Shown piece after piece: positions 56,997 to 64,000 of a DNA stretch of 64,000 nucleotides; the first letter of the stretch is position 1; each line of letters opens with the position of its first letter. This DNA comes from Candidatus Thorarchaeota archaeon SMTZ1-45 (GTDB lineage: Archaea; Asgardarchaeota; Thorarchaeia; Thorarchaeales; Thorarchaeaceae). The DNA is taken from positions 1-64,000 of the forward strand of contig LRSL01000069.1 in NCBI GenBank assembly GCA_001563335.1, in the 5' to 3' direction. Below the pieces are notes generated by a model. That model was given only the letters and a program-made list of their open reading frames with translations. It was not told the DNA's origin and searched no databases. The position numbers were made by a program, and so were the translations under genes.

Positions 56997-58472
56997 TTGC
57001 TAATGATAAAGGCTAGGATAAGAGGAATCTATTCGCAATCGTTGACGCAGATTATGCTGCAAAATCACTTTGACATAGTGCAACCAACCCCAGAAGTAGC
57101 AAGAAGATTTGGTCTCCCCTATCGTAGCGATATTCCAGATGTGGACATATGGGACAGAAGTGACCTTCAAGGTATTGTGGCTATTGCTTATGAATCGGTT
57201 TTAACTCGTCTTACAGAGGTTTTACGTCGGAGATTAGGTGGGGTGATCACTAGAACGCCTAGGGTAGCAAAGAGCTCCGTCTACAAGGGACTTGTTCTTG
57301 GAAAGGATGAGAGAACAGGACAGACAAAGGTTGACTTAGGATTAATATCAGGACTTCTCCCCGATAGAAGACTCCAAAGAGGACAGCAAGTCATGGTTCA
57401 AATACGTGCTCATGACTATGGAAGAAAAGCTCCAGTCCTATCATCGAGCATTACTATTCCTGGGCAAGCTGCGGTCCTCCTTCCTGAGTCTGTTGTACGT
57501 CTTAGTACAAAGATTAAGGATCAAGAGTCTCGTAGAAATCTATTAAACCTCGGTCGGAAGATTAGAGAACATACGGAGAACTGGGGAATATTATGGAGAA
57601 CTGCAGCAGAGAAACTCACTGAAGAAGAGTTACGAGATGAGGTGGATGACCTTCTCGATACAGCACAACAGGTATTCAACAAATATAATGAATTGGACTC
57701 TACAGGTATTCTCTTTGAAGGTACTAGTAATGCGGATATCGAATTTCCACTAGAGGTAAAAGACACGCTCGATAAGACACGTGCAAAAATAAAGCCCACC
57801 ATAAAACGACATCATTTCTACAAAAGTGCTGGTTATGCATCGCTTGTCGATTTAGCTGAGATGATTATTGAAGATCGTCCTGAAGAACGAAACTATGTTG
57901 TTTCTAAGCTTGAAAAGGTAATTTCACGTGATTTGCCTCGTGTTGACGATTCCGTCAATATAGAACATGTAAAATTAGATGGCAGAAACATTGTGCTTTC
58001 TAGAGGAAGAATAGCTGAAACTGCTTCTAAAGGATTCATTATTAGAAGACAGTTTAGACACACAAATCGGAAACTAAAGATGAATCACGATGCACAGGAG
58101 AGTGTTGATGTGGTAAGTAGTGAGGGGGACTATGCACTGACTAAAGTAATTCCAGGTGCATTCTCACTTTTAACCAACTATTATTCCCGTGAGGGTAATG
58201 TGAAAGGCACCTATGTTAACATCAACACCGGAGTTGAGGTCTATCCAAGCAATGGAAACAATCCTGGAAGAATTCGATATATAGACCTTGAGATTGATGT
58301 GGTAAAGGCTCCAATCACTGAGGACCCGCGTATTATAGATCAGCATCTTCTAAAGAAAGCTGTTCAGCGGGGATTCATTACACAAGAGATGGCAGATGAG
58401 TCACGTTCAAGGGCGCAAGCAGTATGTGACGAACTCATGGTATCAAATGAGATCAATTCAGAGTTGATGTGA
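56997..58472 (+). CDS. fau-1: FAU-1 (AubA) RNA-binding protein/ribonuclease
   Basis: RIRGIYS..LT, WGILWRTAA, HH..K, IEHVK.DG, Y.NINT.VE.YP, YIDLEIDV. Confidence 0.9.
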   Translation: MLMIKARIRGIYSQSLTQIMLQNHFDIVQPTPEVARRFGLPYRSDIPDVDIWDRSDLQGIVAIAYESVLTRLTEVLRRRLGGVITRTPRVAKSSVYKGLVLGKDERTGQTKVDLGLISGLLPDRRLQRGQQVMVQIRAHDYGRKAPVLSSSITIPGQAAVLLPESVVRLSTKIKDQESRRNLLNLGRKIREHTENWGILWRTAAEKLTEEELRDEVDDLLDTAQQVFNKYNELDSTGILFEGTSNADIEFPLEVKDTLDKTRAKIKPTIKRHHFYKSAGYASLVDLAEMIIEDRPEERNYVVSKLEKVISRDLPRVDDSVNIEHVKLDGRNIVLSRGRIAETASKGFIIRRQFRHTNRKLKMNHDAQESVDVVSSEGDYALTKVIPGAFSLLTNYYSREGNVKGTYVNINTGVEVYPSNGNNPGRIRYIDLEIDVVKAPITEDPRIIDQHLLKKAVQRGFITQEMADESRSRAQAVCDELMVSNEINSELM

Positions 58473-58491
58473 TTTCACATCTCTTCAGAAT

Positions 58492-58731
58492 TTAGTCAAC
58501 AGAATCAGATGTTCTCATTGAGAGATCTATGGCACTCATTAGATCCTCAAGCGTGCCAGCTAGACTTTCCAAACTACGTGATGATCGAATTCTGACATTT
58601 ACTTGTTGGTTATCAAGTGAACACTCAATCTCAAGACCTTCAGGTAATGGAGTGTTATCAGGAGTGATTGCTAAGAGTGTCCTTCTTGCATCTTCTTTTG
58701 ATTCGAAATTTAGCTTAATATGTACGCTCAA
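58492..58731 (-). CDS. pcc1: KEOPS subunit Pcc1
   Basis: A.TPDN...SL.GTLEDL; conserved rps15-DHH-pcc1 context. Confidence 0.88.
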   Translation of the reverse strand: MSVHIKLNFESKEDARRTLLAITPDNTPLPEGLEIECSLDNQQVNVRIRSSRSLESLAGTLEDLMSAIDLSMRTSDSVD

Positions 58732-58733
58732 GA

Positions 58734-60077
58734 TTAACTCCTCTTGCTGATTTCTGGATTTATTGAATTGAGTACATCTTCTCTTGATTCAATTGGAAGA
58801 TACTTGAACATAAGTGATTTAGGCGAAGTCAGTACTGCATTCAGACTCTTCTTTCTTATAAGATGGAGCACTTGATTCATATCTATTTTCTCAGTTGTCC
58901 AGATTGATACGGTTGAATTTTCATTGCTTACTAGTAGAGGACGTTCTTGGTTCACTATACCACTCTGTAGAGCAATACGACCTACGTCGGTTAGGAGCTC
59001 ACGCTGAACACCAGTAATCTCAATTGATGTGCTAGTTTGGGTTGATATCCCTTTCAGTTTGGTTTCCAGTCTTAATATTACTGAAATGACATCTTTATGA
59101 TGACTCAGATAGGTATCAATCAGATCTCGCAGTGATCTTCCGCGGTCTCCGATCCATACACTCATTGAGGCTCCTAGCTCTTGTCGAGCCCAGGCAGTTT
59201 CTGCAATAGCCTCCAATCCTGACAGATATCTGAGCGGGCTGGTTTCAGTTTCTCGAGTTAGTATAAAATCAGTTCCAAGAATATGAGAAATAATGCTCGG
59301 TTCGATTTTATCAAGTAGTTTGGATGTTAAATGTTGAGTAAGATGTTGGGCTTCTTCTCTACTCAATGTACTCATCGGAGAGCGAAGTTTGGGGATTGGA
59401 ATTTCGGCTTCATTAAGTAGTTCATCACAGGCTTTTTGATTCCCGCTTATACCTTGGATGAATGGTTTCGTGCTATATAGAAACAACTCATCAAGTGGTA
59501 GAAACCCAAAACCAAAAAGTCTGATTCCCTTACGCTCTTCTATCAATTTCCGCTCCTTGGCTTGTTCAACTATTTCTTTGTTCGCTTTTGGAGATTGTTG
59601 ATTATATCCAGTAAGAAGCAAGGTTGCTGCTGCAGCAATCTCTAAGTCATAATCATAGGTTGTAAGATGTTCATCAGCAAATGTATAGGTCACTGCGGGT
59701 ACTGTGTGGGTTGTTCCAATGGTTAGTGATTCAATCTGCATAGATTCTGAAGTTCCGCCCAAGAATATTGGATAGCCTTTACCCTTACGGATTTTTTTCT
59801 TCCCTATTGTATCAATGCCAATGAAAAAAATGGATTCTGATTCATGTTTTACTTGAAAATCATCAACTCTGTTCAAGTCTATGACAGGTGGTTCAAATGA
59901 TAAGTGAAATGTTCCACCGGATTTCATAATTGCTCTACACATAATTGCAGTGGCAAGCGCAGAGCTTGTATAAGGAGAAGAAACTAGGAGTACTTGTGCA
60001 TCATTCTTGAGTGTCATCTCTGCACATTGTTTCTTGAGTGATGCGAGAGATTCTGAACCACGTGTTTTTCTACTCAT
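58734..60077 (-). CDS. DHH/RecJ-like GAN/Cdc45 ortholog with degenerate nuclease motifs
   Basis: Position between rps15 and pcc1; N.EI...A...G..LFG...PL..L.YST.PFI.GISGN...C..LL motif; HxDxDG and DHH motifs absent. Confidence 0.75.
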   Translation of the reverse strand: MSRKTRGSESLASLKKQCAEMTLKNDAQVLLVSSPYTSSALATAIMCRAIMKSGGTFHLSFEPPVIDLNRVDDFQVKHESESIFFIGIDTIGKKKIRKGKGYPIFLGGTSESMQIESLTIGTTHTVPAVTYTFADEHLTTYDYDLEIAAAATLLLTGYNQQSPKANKEIVEQAKERKLIEERKGIRLFGFGFLPLDELFLYSTKPFIQGISGNQKACDELLNEAEIPIPKLRSPMSTLSREEAQHLTQHLTSKLLDKIEPSIISHILGTDFILTRETETSPLRYLSGLEAIAETAWARQELGASMSVWIGDRGRSLRDLIDTYLSHHKDVISVILRLETKLKGISTQTSTSIEITGVQRELLTDVGRIALQSGIVNQERPLLVSNENSTVSIWTTEKIDMNQVLHLIRKKSLNAVLTSPKSLMFKYLPIESREDVLNSINPEISKRS

Positions 60078-60110
60078 ATCATGAGAACAGATTTATCATC
60101 TATGATAAAA

Positions 60111-60572
60111 CTATCTCAAAAGGACAGCAGCTTGATCAGGGCTGTATTTCCAATCAGCTGGTAGAACCTTCTTTTTGCGGTAATATTTCGAGAGTCTGTG
60201 AATCTTACTTTCAACCAGTTGAAGCCCTCTCTTGGAAACAAAATCCTTCTTGTTCTCTTCCAAATGTCTTCGAATGGTGGCAGCCTTTGCAATCATATTT
60301 CGAAGGTCTTCAGGCACGCGCCGTTCTAAATCGTTCTCTCGAAGAATATCCAAGATACGTTTACCAGCAATCACTCGAACCAGAGGTATACCATATTGGT
60401 CCCGAAGAATCTGGCCTATCATAGAAGGAGTATATCCAGCCTTGGCAAGTTCAATTACCTGGGCTTCTACCCACTTGGCGTCCTTTTCTTTTTCCATCCA
60501 CTCAGGGACTCTCAATGTGGAGGGGCGTTTGCTACTAGATTGGCCCTTGCGTCTTGTGTGCATTCTTGCCAT
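60111..60572 (-). CDS. rps15: 30S ribosomal protein S15 (uS15)
   Basis: MARMHTRRKG.S.S.RP, PS.IG..LRDQYGIP, ESKIHRL.KYY. Confidence 0.97.
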   Translation of the reverse strand: MARMHTRRKGQSSSKRPSTLRVPEWMEKEKDAKWVEAQVIELAKAGYTPSMIGQILRDQYGIPLVRVIAGKRILDILRENDLERRVPEDLRNMIAKAATIRRHLEENKKDFVSKRGLQLVESKIHRLSKYYRKKKVLPADWKYSPDQAAVLLR

Positions 60573-60693
60573 TGGAACTACCTCTGAGTCCAAAATACCC
60601 TCAAAAACCGGGTTTGAACCACGGCCTAAGGCTTTGGATATAAAGATTGCCTTGTGGTGAGTACTATTTCTTCAGAAAAGAGATGAAGCTACA

Positions 60694-61320
60694 TCAGTGA
60701 TATCTTCCCCGTTCACGGATTTCGTTCATTCTTGATAAGGTTGGTTCTGCTGTGTTTCCTAATAAATCAACATAACCCTCAAGGGTTGCATCTAACATAT
60801 CCTCTTGGATATCCCAATGTGTGGTTTCCAGAGCTCGATGAATCAGATGAAGATCAACTCCCTTCATCTCAATGGTGGCATTCATCTCAGAGAGACCAAA
60901 GTCTACAATCCATAAACGTGACTTTTCATCTACTATGACATTACTTGTTGTTGGGTCTCCATGAACCACATCACCTGCGTGAAGCAAAGCAATTAGTCTT
61001 CCAAATCTGTGACAAAGAGAGATGAGAGTGGATTGTGATAACTGTCCAGCCAATTGTTTGAATTGAGTGCCTGCTATGAAGTCCATTAAGATTGTGTGAT
61101 TATCAAGGTCTACAGAGTAAACTGCTGGGGTGGGTACTCCAAGTGTCCGTGATATTGTCAGCATTTTACACTCTCTGCTAGTTCGTGACCTTCTAAGCTG
61201 CGAGTCTATGTCTTTCAAAAGATATGGCTTCTCTTGGCGCCATTTTAGCACAAAAGGAAATCCCCACTGATCTATCTTGTAAATGACTGACTCTGCTCCT
61301 CTGGCTAACATCTGCTTCAA
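60694..61320 (-). CDS. bud32: KEOPS kinase Bud32
   Basis: RGAES, HGDPTTSN, VDFGL, VDL, RGRY; TTG start overlapping the kae1 stop is inferred. Confidence 0.93.
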   Translation of the reverse strand: MKQMLARGAESVIYKIDQWGFPFVLKWRQEKPYLLKDIDSQLRRSRTSRECKMLTISRTLGVPTPAVYSVDLDNHTILMDFIAGTQFKQLAGQLSQSTLISLCHRFGRLIALLHAGDVVHGDPTTSNVIVDEKSRLWIVDFGLSEMNATIEMKGVDLHLIHRALETTHWDIQEDMLDATLEGYVDLLGNTAEPTLSRMNEIRERGRYH

Positions 61321-62312
61321 CTTGGGAACCTCCATAAAATATCTTGATCGTCGGTGCGCCATTTCGGTAACACATGAGAGTCCTCGATTTTGATTTGATG
61401 ACCTGAGTTATACTGAAGAATTCCATTCCAAGCAATCATTGCACCTTGATCACCAGCTAAAGATGGAGACACTCGATGAAATGCAGCCTCATGTCTTTTT
61501 GCTACACCTGACAATATTTCAGTAAGGCGATTGTTACGTGCAACTCCGCCGGTAAGGAGCAGCTCATTCTTCTTGGTGTGTGCTATTGCGCGTTCTGCCA
61601 CTTCTGCAAGCATTCCAAAGGAGGTTTCTTGTACGCTAAAACAAATATCTGCAGTAGGAACACCTTCTGAATGAAGTCTTTTTGCAGCAGTGAGCATACC
61701 AGAATAACTTAGGTCCATCCCTTTCACTGAGTAGGGAAGATTGTGATAGTTCTCACCATTCTTGGCATGTTTTTCAATCAAAGGACCACCAGGAAAATCC
61801 ATTCCTAACTCACGACCAAGAACATCTAACATATTCCCAATTGCAATATCTAGAGTTTCACCAAAAGTTCTGAATCGACCACCCGCAAAAGCAATGATTT
61901 GTGTGTTCCCGCCAGACACGTAAACTGTTACAGGATCACTGAATTTGGATTCTAGACAACCAATCTCAATATGAGCAACACAGTGATTGACATCGACCAG
62001 TGGGACCTCTAGCTTGAGCGATAGAGTTCTGGCAATTGTTGCGGTCGTTCTTAGACATGGGCCCAATCCTGGACCTCGAGAGAAAGCAATAAGACTTACT
62101 TTTCCAAAGTCGATACCAGCTTTCTGAACAGCCTCTTTGATTATTTTTGGACCAAGTTCTGAGTGATGCCGACTTGCCTCACGCGGATGGATTCCACCTT
62201 GTGTTGGTTTAAGCATATCCCATTCGTTTGATAGAACCTTGCCTTCACTTGTCACGACCCCAGCACCAAATGAGTGCGCAGTTCCTTCGATTCCTAGACA
62301 GTATAGTGTCAT
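61317..62312 (-). CDS. kae1: tRNA t6A threonylcarbamoyltransferase Kae1
   Basis: GIEGTAH, GPGLGP.L, HCVAHIE, SGGNTQ, GETLD, GGVA.N. Confidence 0.96.
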   Translation of the reverse strand: MTLYCLGIEGTAHSFGAGVVTSEGKVLSNEWDMLKPTQGGIHPREASRHHSELGPKIIKEAVQKAGIDFGKVSLIAFSRGPGLGPCLRTTATIARTLSLKLEVPLVDVNHCVAHIEIGCLESKFSDPVTVYVSGGNTQIIAFAGGRFRTFGETLDIAIGNMLDVLGRELGMDFPGGPLIEKHAKNGENYHNLPYSVKGMDLSYSGMLTAAKRLHSEGVPTADICFSVQETSFGMLAEVAERAIAHTKKNELLLTGGVARNNRLTEILSGVAKRHEAAFHRVSPSLAGDQGAMIAWNGILQYNSGHQIKIEDSHVLPKWRTDDQDILWRFPS

Positions 62313-62457
62313 TTTGTAATAACCTAAGATGTTGTTTTCTTAGAAAAAAGTGTATCCTTACAAGTTGACTCTTACGCTTGGGATATATCAAAGTTTGTTG
62401 TCATCTAGCAAAGGCTTTATAATATACTCATAAGGGCTCTCTAGAGAGGTGTCCTAA

Positions 62458-62685
62458 GTGCCTGAAAAAATGCCAATAAAAGCCTTAGAACAACAACTCA
62501 ATGACATTGTTTCAATAAAATTGAAGGATCAGAGAATTTTTCGAGGGCGCCTAACAAGATGCGACATGTATATGAATCTCACACTTGTAGATGCTGAGGA
62601 ACTTGAGGAGGAAAACACCAAAGCCAAGTATGGTCAAGTTCTGATAAGAGGGAACAATATTCTATGGATTCAGATTCCTGAATAA
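62458..62685 (+). CDS. Sm-like archaeal protein (Lsm/SmAP)
   Basis: GRL...DMYMNL.L.DAEE...IRGNNI. Confidence 0.95.
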   Translation: MPEKMPIKALEQQLNDIVSIKLKDQRIFRGRLTRCDMYMNLTLVDAEELEEENTKAKYGQVLIRGNNILWIQIPE

Positions 62686-62728
62686 TTAGGTTCTAGAGTT
62701 TTCTGAGAGTATTCATCGCTGATAGATT

Positions 62729-64000
62729 CTATCGCTCAATCTCACGGCGATATCGCTCTACTAACTCTACTAGCTCTTCCTCTCCCTTCCGTCTGGCTTG
62801 TTCACGTACATTTTGTATGAATGCCTGTAGCTGTTGGTTGAACTTGCCACGACTAATGAATGCAAATTCATCTACTCGTTGAAGCTCAACCTCTTTGGCA
62901 CTGATAACTGGAATGAGTGCCTTAATCAGTTCATCTTGCGGAAGATGAGAGAGTGGTGTGTCCACAACTACAGCTTTTATTTCTCGGTCAATTAATATTC
63001 CCGCCGTTTGTGGACCTCCTCCTGACGCATCTTCGAAAAGAACAACATCACCACTTTTCAAACCAACTTTTTTGATGAATTCCTCGATGCTTTCGCGAGT
63101 AAAATGAGGAATTACTTTGACTGCTAGCATGTCTCCACGCATTTCTAGACGTTTTACTCCTTTTAGACGTTCAAGTCGTTTACTCAGAGTGTCAACTTGT
63201 TTTTTCAGTGACGCTGTTTCTCGTTGTGTCTTTCTTAGTGTTGATTTGATCTTCTCCACTTCACGATCTCGTTTAATTTTCCAATGGTTCTCACGGTTTA
63301 CAATCTCGAGACTCTCTGCAAGTTCGCTCTCCCTAAACTTCAGATATTCCACAAATCGCTTCAAGTCATCAATCTTCTCTACGAGCAGTCTGTTTTCAGA
63401 CTCCAAGTGTTCGGTCTTTGATTTTATTGCTTCAAAACGTTCTTGCGTCAAAGGTTCATCTTCAACGAGTGGTTTTTCTGGAACACTTTCTATGGGTTCG
63501 GATTCCTCACTCTCTATCTTAGCGAGAGCTTCATTTATTGAAGACCCTTTTATCACCAATGCTTTGAGATAATTACGATCAACCGATAGTTGTTCATCAT
63601 GAATCATTTTGTCAATTTGTTGAAATTTCGGAAGAAGACTATTGAATGCGAAAACCGCTGCTGTCAATGCATCTCGTTCGTGAGCATTACGAATTTTTAT
63701 GTCAGTGCCATATTCCCGAGCAAGTTCTTGTTTGTCTGCGACTGCAATAGGCTTCTTTGGAGTAAAGATAGTCGCATTCACTGTACGAGCTATCTTCTCA
63801 ACAAAATGGGGAGCTTGTGGTACATCTGAAGCCACCATTGCAGGGATACCATCTTCGTATACCTCTCTGATTAAATCTGCTCTTGTGAGTCCCTTCTTAC
63901 TTCTTAGAGCACGTACTTTCCCATCAAATGATAGAAGACAATAAGCTGCAGTTGTTCCCGGGTCTATACCTAGAATGAAGTATTTTGGTTTCAAATCCAT
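62729..64000 (-). CDS. DUF460 protein (RNase H-like domain plus coiled coil); may extend beyond the window
   Basis: ILGIDPGTT, ASDV...P..VEKIA, NAHERDAL.AA, long coiled coil. Confidence 0.85.
   Translation of the reverse strand: MDLKPKYFILGIDPGTTAAYCLLSFDGKVRALRSKKGLTRADLIREVYEDGIPAMVASDVPQAPHFVEKIARTVNATIFTPKKPIAVADKQELAREYGTDIKIRNAHERDALTAAVFAFNSLLPKFQQIDKMIHDEQLSVDRNYLKALVIKGSSINEALAKIESEESEPIESVPEKPLVEDEPLTQERFEAIKSKTEHLESENRLLVEKIDDLKRFVEYLKFRESELAESLEIVNRENHWKIKRDREVEKIKSTLRKTQRETASLKKQVDTLSKRLERLKGVKRLEMRGDMLAVKVIPHFTRESIEEFIKKVGLKSGDVVLFEDASGGGPQTAGILIDREIKAVVVDTPLSHLPQDELIKALIPVISAKEVELQRVDEFAFISRGKFNQQLQAFIQNVREQARRKGEEELVELVERYRREIER

Noticed and set aside
107-63944. Numerous short antisense or alternate-frame ORFs in the track
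   Set aside because: They lie within well-supported genes and lack motifs; treated as shadow ORFs.
1-64000. CRISPR array, rRNA, transposase or integrase genes
   Set aside because: No regularly spaced 25-40 bp repeats, rRNA-like stretches or recognisable recombinase/transposase motifs were found by reading.

Overview
Archaeal chromosomal segment, most consistent with an Asgard archaeon (Thorarchaeota-like). This lineage call is inferred from gene content and protein style, not from a database search. Roughly 18-64 kb is mainly core genes: ribosomal proteins eL15/eS1/uS15 (eS24/eS31 lie near 4 kb), RNase P subunits, an unusual HdrC-HdrB-HdrA-HdrA/MvhD operon ending in a wHTH-ferredoxin gene and followed by an acyl-CoA dehydrogenase, a replication/transcription cluster (GINS, PriS, two PCNAs, RPA3-like, TFS, Rpo11, Csl4, Orc1/Cdc6, PolD DP1), a degenerate GAN/Cdc45 ortholog and KEOPS genes. 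Three tRNA genes are present (iMet-CAT, Ser-CGA, Leu-TAG); two carry BHB-type introns at non-canonical positions (D-loop and T-arm). The most striking signal is in the accessory region at about 6-17 kb. Downstream of the initiator tRNA-Met lie three same-orientation copies of its 3' end (TGGTAGCGGGT on + strand; two exact, the most distal diverged). They divide the region into gene cassettes carrying paralogous membrane proteins, a large surface protein and a mosaic LAGLIDADG-like/wHTH module, with no integrase in the window. This looks like a polarised, tRNA-anchored cassette array. No CRISPR array, rRNA or recognisable transposase was seen.
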